This document shows, piece after piece, positions 1-8,231 of a stretch of DNA of 64,000 nt (positions are counted from its first letter, which is position 1; every line of letters starts with the position of its first letter). Origin of the DNA: a virus. Where the stretch lies: IMG/VR virus record IMGVR_UViG_3300034417_000014, positions 1 to 64,000 of that record. The stretch is one strand, 5' to 3'. A program made the translations under genes and the position numbers. The notes beneath the pieces are model-generated. The model was given only the letters and a program-made list of their open reading frames with translations. It did not search any database and had not been told where the DNA came from.

Positions 1-128
1 CTAGTATCAACCCTGTACAAATAAACAGGCCCTGTTGGATACATATACAGTAACGAAACGGAACAGTGAAACGGAACTGCATTATAAAACATGCGGGTAA
101 TTTCGCAATCAACACGATACACTGTCAT
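1..128 (-). CDS. Partial member of left paralogue family A (runs off window)
   Basis: ATG at 128 overlaps the TGA of the 125..520 gene; MTVYRVDC...SLLYMYPTGPVYLYRV aligns with its neighbour (TLLHMFF...FLYRV). Confidence 0.65.
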   Translation of the reverse strand, partial: MTVYRVDCEITRMFYNAVPFHCSVSLLYMYPTGPVYLYRVDT

Positions 129-520
129 TCTGGTAACATCTCTGCTACGGGACAAGCTAACGCAAACATGAGTATATCTTCGCTGTTTTTAAATCCCAAC
201 ACATCAATTGTCGCAGCGCCATTAACGGAATACATTTTCGCCACACCGTAGTTTCGTACCGATGCGTATTCCATAAAATCGTTAACATTCTCTGCACTAA
301 CTCTAAACGAACGCTCGTACACTCTTGCAGTGTGGAACGATTTTGTAAATTCAGCAAGTGCGTCAATACGACCGTAACCAAGACGATACCTTACCCTATA
401 CAGGAACTGGGATTTTCCTTCTGCAGTGAAAAACATGTGCAACAATGTTGTCTGCAACTCAAACGGCCGCGTTCTTTCAAACTCAGAAGCATTTTCAGAA
501 TTAATACAAAACAAAGTCAT
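125..520 (-). CDS. Hypothetical protein, paralogue family A (MTLF...GFxxxxDxLxFxL)
   Basis: Translationally coupled ORF; C-terminus GFKNSEDILMFALACP. Confidence 0.8.
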   Translation of the reverse strand: MTLFCINSENASEFERTRPFELQTTLLHMFFTAEGKSQFLYRVRYRLGYGRIDALAEFTKSFHTARVYERSFRVSAENVNDFMEYASVRNYGVAKMYSVNGAATIDVLGFKNSEDILMFALACPVAEMLPE

Positions 521-798
521 TAGATATCATTCCGGTATTCGCCAAATTTAAGCATCAGGAGCAGTTTAGTTCCGTCAGTCAAATGACTAGATGGCAAAAT
601 AAACATCTGTTGCACCTCTGACATTATCTTTAACGAAGTATTAAATGTGACAGATTGTCCTCCCCAAGTAACTTGAAGGGACAATGCTTTTGTGTATACA
701 GCAAACTCTGTCCAGAGGTTGTCGGGTATTAAGAACGCCATCTCTGCTTTATTAGCAGCCATCTGTCCTCGAACTTTAGTCACGTATGTGTTGTCCAT
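520..798 (-). CDS. Hypothetical protein, LK(Y/F)G family
   Basis: C-terminus LLLMLKFG. Confidence 0.75.
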   Translation of the reverse strand: MDNTYVTKVRGQMAANKAEMAFLIPDNLWTEFAVYTKALSLQVTWGGQSVTFNTSLKIMSEVQQMFILPSSHLTDGTKLLLMLKFGEYRNDI

Positions 799-1003
799 AT
801 TTAAGCCTTATTACCATCTCAAGTTCCGGTGTTAGCTTGTCACCACACAAGTAGGATACATTTGCCTCGCCTCGCTTATGAGACCACACTATAGCTAATT
901 GTAAATCCCTAAAATACATAACCATCTCTGCATATTTCTCAGCAGGGATAATTATCTTAATGGTTCGTACTGTGGCATCATAACTCATCTTTCTATAATC
1001 CAC
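776..1003 (-). CDS. Hypothetical protein, LK(Y/F)G family
   Basis: C-terminus EMVIRLKYG. Confidence 0.75.
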   Translation of the reverse strand: MDYRKMSYDATVRTIKIIIPAEKYAEMVMYFRDLQLAIVWSHKRGEANVSYLCGDKLTPELEMVIRLKYGQHIRD

Positions 1004-1185
1004 GTGTCAGCGTACATTAGGCGCAGCATAGCCGCATCTTCATCTTTCGGAACTTGCACCATAACGTAGTAGGTGCCGCCCGTGCTGTAGGTAGTCATGT
1101 GTCGTGTGTCTATACCGCAATCTAATAACATTTGCGTAAACTGTACTTTGTCGTCTCGCGGAACTACAACTTGTAATAAACTCAT
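985..1185 (-). CDS. Hypothetical protein, LK(Y/F)G family
   Basis: C-terminus EDAAMLRLMY. Confidence 0.75.
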   Translation of the reverse strand: MSLLQVVVPRDDKVQFTQMLLDCGIDTRHMTTYSTGGTYYVMVQVPKDEDAAMLRLMYADTWIIER

Positions 1186-1352
1186 TATCGTGCCTTAAAT
1201 CTTAAGCGTAGCAAGATACTTTCCCACTCGTGCTCAACAGCATACGTGCTAATCATAAATCCAGAAAACATAGGAGTATACGAGATTCCCTGGAGACTAC
1301 AGAAGTCGTCAAACTCATCGTAATCGTCCCTATGTATAGTTAGCACAATCAT
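1185..1352 (-). CDS. 55-aa family member missing from the ORF track
   Basis: Manual translation MIVLTIHRDDYDEFDDFC...ESILLRLRFKAR; TAATG-coupled to the next gene. Confidence 0.65.
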   Translation of the reverse strand: MIVLTIHRDDYDEFDDFCSLQGISYTPMFSGFMISTYAVEHEWESILLRLRFKAR

Positions 1353-1388
1353 TATTTTAGCACCAAACTAACATAAATGCAATAGATA

Positions 1389-1610
1389 TCATGATTTTAT
1401 ATACTGCCCAAATTTAAGTTTGATAACCATTTCGTCCTCAGCACTACACAGCCAGTCCTTATCTATCTCAAGAACTTCTAAATAGTTCCACGTCTTAGAG
1501 CACCAAATCGTACCATTCGACATTACTCTAGTACCTGCGATGTTTCGCATTTCTTTCCAGATTTCTCCAGCTAAGTCAACTGGAACTGCAAACACAAGCC
1601 GGTTAGTCAT
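1389..1610 (-). CDS. Hypothetical protein, LK(Y/F)G family
   Basis: C-terminus EDEMVIKLKFG. Confidence 0.75.
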   Translation of the reverse strand: MTNRLVFAVPVDLAGEIWKEMRNIAGTRVMSNGTIWCSKTWNYLEVLEIDKDWLCSAEDEMVIKLKFGQYIKS

Positions 1611-1975
1611 CTGGGATACGCCAACTTAAACATAAGCACATCGGCTTCAGAATTAAACCCCATAATCTCATAAGTGGAATGAGACCTTGCCCAAGATACG
1701 TTAAACAGATGCTTCTCCTGTTCGTTAACGTAATGCAAAAACGAAGTGATCGTATCTGTGTCAATTGTTACGATAAGCGAATACATACGATAATGGCTAA
1801 ACATCTTGACAAATTCACCATATCGTTTTTTCTGTATGGCAGTATGACTATCATCAAGGACTGCCCTATATAGTTTGGAACACATTGTAGTCCTAACACA
1901 TTCCAGATTAGAACAACTATACGCTGCATAGCAAAACTCTTTTATGTCAGCCCTAGGTACACAGAATAAAGTCAT
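1607..1975 (-). CDS. Hypothetical protein, paralogue family A
   Basis: MTLFC...GFNSEADVLMFKLAYP; ATGA overlap. Confidence 0.8.
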   Translation of the reverse strand: MTLFCVPRADIKEFCYAAYSCSNLECVRTTMCSKLYRAVLDDSHTAIQKKRYGEFVKMFSHYRMYSLIVTIDTDTITSFLHYVNEQEKHLFNVSWARSHSTYEIMGFNSEADVLMFKLAYPR

Positions 1976-2343
1976 TTGGGAAGCGCCAACTTGAACATGA
2001 GCATATCGGCTTTAGACTTAAAGCCTGATATATCAAATGAAACACTAGATATTGTGGAACATATCTTAACGACATACAACCCCTGAGAATGCACAAATTT
2101 GAGGATCTCAGTTCGCTTTAACGGATTAATGTCACACTTAAACGAATACGTGATATACTTCCTAAATTGATGTACGAAATGGGAATATTGCACCAACTGT
2201 TTGCCATGCAACGCCAATTCTATAACTTCAATACTATATATAAGTCTATCTTCAAACGCTCCTAGCCGAGTAACAGAACAGTCAATTGGGATGGAGTTCC
2301 AGAATTCTTCGTGTTCGGAATGTGGAATGCAAAACAAAATCAT
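1972..2343 (-). CDS. Hypothetical protein, paralogue family A
   Basis: MILFC...GFKSKADMLMFKLALP. Confidence 0.8.
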   Translation of the reverse strand: MILFCIPHSEHEEFWNSIPIDCSVTRLGAFEDRLIYSIEVIELALHGKQLVQYSHFVHQFRKYITYSFKCDINPLKRTEILKFVHSQGLYVVKICSTISSVSFDISGFKSKADMLMFKLALPK

Positions 2344-2726
2344 AGTGGAGTACCTACCTTATCTGGTCGAGCTAATTCAAACATTAGTACATCCTGTTCA
2401 GTCTTAAACCCTATAAGTTGGTATGTGGTTGCGTCCCATAAATTAGCAATTGGGTACGCATACAAATCATGTAACTCAGCGTATGCTAACACCGCAGGCC
2501 TGCGATCTGTTTCAACCCGCACTGTCATAGAATGCACTATATATTGACTGAACTTCTCGACAAACTTAGTATACTCACTCGGCATCATGCTCCAGGGCAG
2601 CACCCTATATACATAGTAAGGCTTGCGACAATAAATGATTTCAAAGTTGATGCCACCAGGGGGCAATGCAAGAAATTCTTCCAGGTGATCATCTAGAATT
2701 TTAAATAATGCCATTACGTGTAACAC
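2340..2726 (-). CDS. Hypothetical protein, paralogue family A (true start probably the MALF a few codons in)
   Basis: GFKTEQDVLMFELARP. Confidence 0.75.
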   Translation of the reverse strand: MLHVMALFKILDDHLEEFLALPPGGINFEIIYCRKPYYVYRVLPWSMMPSEYTKFVEKFSQYIVHSMTVRVETDRRPAVLAYAELHDLYAYPIANLWDATTYQLIGFKTEQDVLMFELARPDKVGTPL

Positions 2727-3096
2727 TCATGTCCATGCCGGTTGGGCACGAAAGTTTAAACACCAGTATATCCTCTTTTGTCTTGAATCCCACAACTTCA
2801 AATGTTGTAACCTCCGAGTTAGATGGAGCTCTCAACAATGCAACTAAAAATTGCTCGTTAACCCAAGGCATAAAAGTAGAAACAGAAGTATGCTTAATGT
2901 CAACCTTTAAGGAGTATACTCTATACTTGGTATTCCTTTTGAGGAAGTCACTATATATTAGTGGATCAACAGCAGCTTTCATTACCTTATATATAAACCG
3001 TCTGTATTCCGAATAAAGGCACACAGTCCTAGTATTTGCAGGCCTATCAACTAGGAACGAATCTACTGATATAGATGGAACAATAAACAAAGTCAT
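2701..3096 (-). CDS. Hypothetical protein, paralogue family A
   Basis: MTLF...GFKTKEDILVFKLSCP. Confidence 0.8.
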   Translation of the reverse strand: MTLFIVPSISVDSFLVDRPANTRTVCLYSEYRRFIYKVMKAAVDPLIYSDFLKRNTKYRVYSLKVDIKHTSVSTFMPWVNEQFLVALLRAPSNSEVTTFEVVGFKTKEDILVFKLSCPTGMDMSVTRNGII

Positions 3097-3491
3097 GATA
3101 CTACCTTACCTGGCAGACCAAGCGCAAACGCAAATACATCTGCTTTAGATGTAAAGCCCATTACTATATAGTTAGTCCCTTCAGAGTTTCTGGACCTTGC
3201 CAGTATAGGCAAATCTGGATATCTAACACAGTAGCGCGAGAAGTCAATATGGGAATCTTCGGGTATATTAACTTCCAACTCGTACACTATATACGAAGTA
3301 AAGCGCCTACAGAAATCTTCATGGGCAATCACATCTTTACCATATGGATTACCACACAGCAGTATACGACGTAGCACACTATTCTTTTTCCTGGACTGCT
3401 CTGTATATTTGTACGAACCTCTCGGAATCTTCCTTTCAAAAAGAGTAAGATCATCCTTAGGAACACAGAATAAAGTCATACGAAACTCCAA
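3093..3491 (-). CDS. Hypothetical protein, paralogue family A
   Basis: MTLFC...GFTSKADVFAFALGLP. Confidence 0.8.
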   Translation of the reverse strand: MEFRMTLFCVPKDDLTLFERKIPRGSYKYTEQSRKKNSVLRRILLCGNPYGKDVIAHEDFCRRFTSYIVYELEVNIPEDSHIDFSRYCVRYPDLPILARSRNSEGTNYIVMGFTSKADVFAFALGLPGKVVS

Positions 3492-3539
3492 TTACATAAA
3501 ACCTGTTCTTTAAAGGCCCAGACGTGCAGGATGTCTACT

Positions 3540-3749
3540 TTATACTCTTGGTAAAGCATACGTCTCTTCCAGTCTAGATCCGTATTTTAATTGTATGATG
3601 AGGCGAGTCCCCTCGTCGTTGTCTGGAAAAATAATCATCTTCCTGTTTAACATACGGGCAAAATACGTGTGCTGTTTGATGTTGTGTTGTTTACAGAACT
3701 CCCGAAAGTCGCTAAACTCTGCGTTTGGTATTTCGATAAAGTAGTTCAC
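3540..3749 (-). CDS. Hypothetical protein, LK(Y/F)G family
   Basis: C-terminus RLIIQLKYG. Confidence 0.7.
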   Translation of the reverse strand: MNYFIEIPNAEFSDFREFCKQHNIKQHTYFARMLNRKMIIFPDNDEGTRLIIQLKYGSRLEETYALPRV

Positions 3750-3773
3750 AATACTAGCCTACCATTATACACG

Positions 3774-4016
3774 TTAGTATTCGCCCACATAACTAATTGG
3801 TCTTGTGGGGCTATTGTTCCGCATCCGATCCCCATACTTGAGTTTGAGCATTAGCAGCCACTCTGATTTGCAAGGAGCTTTTATATAGTACGCAATGTTT
3901 TGCCCAGCTTTAAAGTAGACATAACACTCAACATCGTTGTTCATACATTCTTTTGCGAACGCAGGACCTTCTGATCTGGGTATCCGAACTATAAACTCTT
4001 GCTCAGCAGCCATCAT
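3774..4016 (-). CDS. Hypothetical protein, LK(Y/F)G family
   Basis: C-terminus WLLMLKLKYG. Confidence 0.75.
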   Translation of the reverse strand: MMAAEQEFIVRIPRSEGPAFAKECMNNDVECYVYFKAGQNIAYYIKAPCKSEWLLMLKLKYGDRMRNNSPTRPISYVGEY

Positions 4017-4227
4017 TCAACCACGATGCACCATAACCGTGCGGCCACCTTAGTTTAAACAGGAACATGTTTTCTTCAGTACCTTCAAAGTAGTATTCCT
4101 TCCACGTAAACGTCCCAGACGACAGCCGTATAGACAAGTCAAGTTCTTTGCCTAGCTTCCGAAACTCGCCAACATGTTCTTGGAAAACCCTAATTAACTT
4201 GTGAGTAACCATTGTTCTACCTGCCAT
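4003..4227 (-). CDS. Hypothetical protein, LK(Y/F)G family
   Basis: C-terminus EENMFLFKLRWP. Confidence 0.7.
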   Translation of the reverse strand: MAGRTMVTHKLIRVFQEHVGEFRKLGKELDLSIRLSSGTFTWKEYYFEGTEENMFLFKLRWPHGYGASWLNDGC

Positions 4228-4373
4228 ATAAATGTTTTAACTTCTGCTGATGGAATGGAAAGTCTCATACAGATAGTATACATTGTTTGTACGAAACTGT
4301 AAAGAACTAAATTAATGGATTGTAAACTGAAAACGAATAGAAGGCCATGTATATAACTATATGCTTGGTCTGA

Positions 4374-4381
4374 TATAAATA
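4374..4381 (+). promoter_or_regulatory. T4-type late promoter TATAAATA
   Basis: Exact T4 late consensus 30 nt upstream of the lysin start. Confidence 0.6.
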
Positions 4382-4411
4382 GCCGAGTAACACAATACAA
4401 CGGAGAACAAC

Positions 4412-5104
4412 ATGAAGAAACTATTATTAACACTCATAACAGTAGGATCACTAGTAGCAATGTCAACACAAACACATGCCCTATCTAAAGAAGTCTTTTT
4501 CGATTCAGTTGAAGACAGCTTATTCCACGGCAATCTATCCCAAGATCAAGCTGACGGAATGGACGCAGTCTTGACAGTATGGAACAAGTACAGAGCTGAT
4601 GAAGACCCAAGATACTTAGCGTACATGCTTGCAACAACCTATCACGAAACATCACAGGAAATGCAACCTATAGAAGAATATGGATATGGCAAAGGAATGT
4701 CATATGGAACCCCAGATCCCCAAACTGGACAAACATATTACGGAAGAGGCTTTGTACAGCTAACATGGCGTGATAACTATGCCCACGCAGACAACGAGAT
4801 AGCAGTACAGTTTCCCGGAGTTAACACAAACATGGAATGGCAAGCCCATCAAGCACTAAACCCAAAAGTCGCATCAGCAGTAATGTTTCTTGGAATGGAA
4901 GAAGGCTGGTTCAGAACAAGAGATGGCAAACCAGAAATCCTAGCACGATACTTCTCCAACACAGTAAACGATCCGTATACAGCCCGAGGAATCATTAACG
5001 GAGACAAGTCAAAAGTCCCTTCGTGGTCTAATGGAGTGTCCATAGGAAATCTCATTAAAGGATACCACAATGACTTCTTATATGCTATAGAGAATGCTGA
5101 ATAA
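4412..5104 (+). CDS. Glycoside hydrolase family 19 (chitinase/lysozyme-like) endolysin with signal peptide
   Basis: LAYMLATTYHET, YYGRGFVQLTW..NY and ARGIING motifs; N-terminal Sec signal; GGAG RBS. Confidence 0.88.
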   Translation: MKKLLLTLITVGSLVAMSTQTHALSKEVFFDSVEDSLFHGNLSQDQADGMDAVLTVWNKYRADEDPRYLAYMLATTYHETSQEMQPIEEYGYGKGMSYGTPDPQTGQTYYGRGFVQLTWRDNYAHADNEIAVQFPGVNTNMEWQAHQALNPKVASAVMFLGMEEGWFRTRDGKPEILARYFSNTVNDPYTARGIINGDKSKVPSWSNGVSIGNLIKGYHNDFLYAIENAE

Positions 5105-5179
5105 GCCACTGAATAAGTATTGTAACTGAAATACGAAACCGCAGCAATATATAAAGAAAAGACAAAAAACCTTAATGAT

Positions 5180-6054
5180 CTATATAGCAATGAACTCTTA
5201 TATACAGTGAATGAGCACGTATACACAATGATTGACTATAAAGAAACAATGTTTGATTGATTTATATATAGTAAAGAAGATGAATAACACGTATACAGCA
5301 CTATATAGAACATTAAAGACACGCTATATAGAGATGGAAACCCGCAAATGATGACTATATACGCACTATACATGATTGGAAACAAACAACTCATGATTGA
5401 CTATATAGTAAAGAACTTGATAGAAGCCGTATACATGCTATATAGTGCATTTAGAACGGTTTGTTATTGGATACGAAAGTGAAGAAAGAAAAGTGAAAAA
5501 CCTTGACTGTCGGTGACACACTCGGCGAACAGGCGCAGTGGCTTACACGCTTACCAGCCATCTTACCTGTTCCAGTTTTATGCCGATAACCTGTTCCACC
5601 CACTGTATAAAACCACAGTGTATACATATACAGTACACCTATTTCAGCCAAAATAACCTGCCAAAATATCCCAACCTCCAAAATCTTTCAAAAGATTCAG
5701 ACCTCCAACTTTTTTCTGCAGGTTTTTTCTGTAGAAATAGTCTGCAGATATTTTTCACAGAGATTTTTCCGCCAAAAACTCTGTCCACTTTTTCAGAACC
5801 TATTCTAATATCACTCACTCAATCTACCATCTCCCACGCATCTCCCAAGTTCCTTACAGCTCCAACTATTCCTGATAGTCCCCACTGCTCTTACAGTTCC
5901 ACTATTATGCGTCCATGTTGCTATATAGTCAATTGAATTCTTTACTATATGTCAGTTCATCATATACGTGTTTGCTATATAGTGTTCCTTCATATAGCGT
6001 ATATAGTGTATATGACTCTTTACTATATAGTGTGTATACTGTGTTGCTATATAG
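5180..6054. repeat. Mirrored clusters of palindromic CTATATAG repeats
   Basis: Exact copies at 5180, 5301, 5324, 5401, 5438 and 5921, 5975, 6023, 6047; 15-bp inverted repeat 5400-5414 / 6017-6031. Confidence 0.85.
5603..5633. promoter_or_regulatory. Tandem LexA (SOS) boxes
   Basis: CTGTATAAAACCACAG (perfect CTGT-N8-ACAG) followed by GTGTATACATATACAG. Confidence 0.6.
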
Positions 6055-6130
6055 TATGAATAATTTAATTATTTCATGTTTACGTGTTAAGCGGAGGATT
6101 AGGAAGGTGAAATGGCTGTTTGATATCAGG

Positions 6131-6305
6131 TTGACATCAGTCTTGAGTTATTGTATACTGTTGGGGTAATGGAGGGTTCGCCCACGTTATAACCAAGGAT
6201 TGGTTCAGGCGAGTCTGGTGCCATCTCCATTGGCTTCTCGGCTAGGCTCGCCTCCCTTCTATTCTGGCAATCAGATACTATATATTCTTCTAAAACCGAA
6301 GTCAA
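6131..6305. promoter_or_regulatory. Convergent sigma70 promoters flanking a structured ~110-nt segment
   Basis: + strand TTGACA(6131)-17-TATACT; - strand TTGACT(6305)-17-TATAGT. Confidence 0.6.
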
Positions 6306-6312
6306 CCTTGGT

Positions 6313-6408
6313 AAATGCGTATTATTCGCAAATGTCAATAGTAATTGTTTACAGACGCAGATAATAACTATTTGCATCTGCAAATCTAAATGCCAATTAT
6401 TTGCATTT
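6313..6408. promoter_or_regulatory. Cluster of Fur-box-like palindromes
   Basis: AAATGCGTATTATTCGCAAAT, AGATAATAACTATTTGCATCT, AAATGCCAATTATTTGCATTT. Confidence 0.4.
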
Positions 6409-6602
6409 GCATCTACCGGTGGACTAGCATCTTTTTGGACCGAAGTCAACCGGAATAGGCAAAATAAAGTGGAAATATTCCGGTACTGTAAACCATTGAT
6501 TCTATTAGGTTTTTCTGGTTCGGTAATAGGTCCGGAATTGCAGGCTCCGGGAGTGTTTGTCTCGTCCTGCTTCTGACTGTTGCGTTTTGTTATTATGTAA
6601 AC

Positions 6603-6631
6603 ATTATAAGACCATAGTTCCACTTCGTCAA
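6603..6631 (-). promoter_or_regulatory. Leftward cassette-type sigma70 promoter with no convincing gene downstream
   Basis: TTGACG-17-TATAAT-GTTTACATA, divergent from the promoter at 6655. Confidence 0.6.
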
Positions 6632-6710
6632 CAACTATTTCAGAATCTTTTCAGTTGACTATATAGTAGTAGAACCATATACTGTTGACACTGTGATAAG
6701 GAATACTTAA

Positions 6711-6896
6711 ATGAAAGCATCAGAAACGGTTCGGTTCACTATAGTTGATTCACTCGCACGCCAGCTTCGCGCATTGGAGAATGGTAACCTATTCTATTCC
6801 CAACATGGCGGAGAGTTTGAGATTGTCAAGTCTAAAGAGCAGCTATATATGCTGAAGGAAGAAAACAAGTATACGTTCTACACTCGGGTATCCTAA
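6711..6896 (+). CDS. Hypothetical early protein
   Basis: Promoter at 6655 and AAGGA RBS. Confidence 0.65.
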   Translation: MKASETVRFTIVDSLARQLRALENGNLFYSQHGGEFEIVKSKEQLYMLKEENKYTFYTRVS

Positions 6897-6960
6897 TAGG
6901 TTGACTTCTGGTATTCGATGCTATATAGTAGCTGAACATTAACTAAGCGGAGACGCTGCT

Positions 6961-7299
6961 ATGCAACACACTAAGGTACTCAAAAACAAAGACAACGATC
7001 AGGATCCTTTGTTCATCTTCTTTGATGCGCGTCAGCGTAATGAGGAGGGCATTAAACTGTATAGCGAGGCTGAGATCGTTGCAGCACGGGCTTTACAGGG
7101 GCACGTAGGCAATGTCTTTACACGTAGTCGTGTGTTCATTAACTACCGCGAGAAGTTTGTTTCCATTAAGGTTGACAATCCCTCGAGAGCGGATCTTGTT
7201 TCCTTAGCGGCAGCTGATCTTGAAGCATACTGTAAACAACACAATGTCGAGATTGTCAAGTCTTCCCGGGGCCTACTGTTCCGTATCCCAAAGGCGTAA
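6961..7299 (+). CDS. Hypothetical early protein
   Basis: Promoter at 6901 and GGAG RBS. Confidence 0.75.
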   Translation: MQHTKVLKNKDNDQDPLFIFFDARQRNEEGIKLYSEAEIVAARALQGHVGNVFTRSRVFINYREKFVSIKVDNPSRADLVSLAAADLEAYCKQHNVEIVKSSRGLLFRIPKA

Positions 7300-7300
7300 T

Positions 7301-7543
7301 ATGGAGTTGATTCCTGAGATGTACTCTGCTAGTGACAGGGAGTACGACTATCGCTTCCACCGGACTGTTCGTTCGGGAATGTGGCATATCCAGCGCAAGA
7401 AGAAAGAGCATACATGGATGCCACCAGTTATACAAGTCTTGACAGAATCAAAATGGGTCGGTATACTAAGCAGTTCTAAGGGTGCGGAGGATTGCTTTGA
7501 CACTCCCGCTCAAGCTGCCTTCATGGCAAAATTTATTAGATAG
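7301..7543 (+). CDS. Hypothetical protein
   Basis: ATG directly after the upstream stop. Confidence 0.65.
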   Translation: MELIPEMYSASDREYDYRFHRTVRSGMWHIQRKKKEHTWMPPVIQVLTESKWVGILSSSKGAEDCFDTPAQAAFMAKFIR

Positions 7544-7606
7544 TGGTTGACTTCCGGTAATGCCGACTGCATAATAGCTACACATTAACAGTGTGGAGCA
7601 AAGCAA

Positions 7607-7903
7607 ATGAGCTACGTCGTATACAACAAGACAACTTGGCGCTTGATGAAACTCAAGAATGGTGTTCAATACTTTGACACCCGTAGAGCTGCTCAGGCAG
7701 CGCGGACACGATTCTTTAACACTGCAACAGATTTAGATCCCAACCACGACTGGGCGATCGAGACTGTCATGCAATACAACGCAGACATGCCTGATCGTCA
7801 GACTTATAACTTGTTTGACAAATCCCGCAAACCCATTTGGATACGTGCTTGCAACATTGGCACACATCTTGATCCCGCAACTGAATCTTATCATTCCATG
7901 TAG
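7607..7903 (+). CDS. Hypothetical early protein
   Basis: Promoter at 7547, GGAG RBS. Confidence 0.75.
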   Translation: MSYVVYNKTTWRLMKLKNGVQYFDTRRAAQAARTRFFNTATDLDPNHDWAIETVMQYNADMPDRQTYNLFDKSRKPIWIRACNIGTHLDPATESYHSM

Positions 7904-7971
7904 AAAGTGGTAGACAAGCGGCAAGGAAGCCGCTATAATGTTTACATACTAAAGCAACGGAGCAAAGCAAA

Positions 7972-8166
7972 ATGGTTACTGTACTGTTCGTAGATCAGTT
8001 TAATAAACAGCGCAAATTCAAGATGCCAGAGGTGCCACGTGTTGGTGAGCGAGTGTCCTGGGATTATAAGCCATCTCCATTCGTTACTTCGGTAACTTGG
8101 TTGCTTCCAGGCACTGCATATCCAGCCAACGTTCCTGAAGATGTGCAGGTAGTTATTTCACTTTAA
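7972..8166 (+). CDS. Hypothetical early protein
   Basis: Cassette promoter 7911-7939. Confidence 0.7.
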   Translation: MVTVLFVDQFNKQRKFKMPEVPRVGERVSWDYKPSPFVTSVTWLLPGTAYPANVPEDVQVVISL

Positions 8167-8231
8167 TGTGTTGACTCGTATAACGAATTCTTGTATAATT
8201 ATTTCACTTTAAACAGTAAAGGAAACACAAA

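Noticed and set aside
13-50. SOS-box-like CTGTACAAATAAACAG
   Set aside because: It lies inside the coding sequence of a family-A paralogue (VYLYRV motif), so it is probably coincidental.
5451-6623. Track ORFs 5451..5681, 5538..5936, 5915..6169 and 6126..6623
   Set aside because: No RBS, and low-complexity translations derived from repeats; treated as non-coding.
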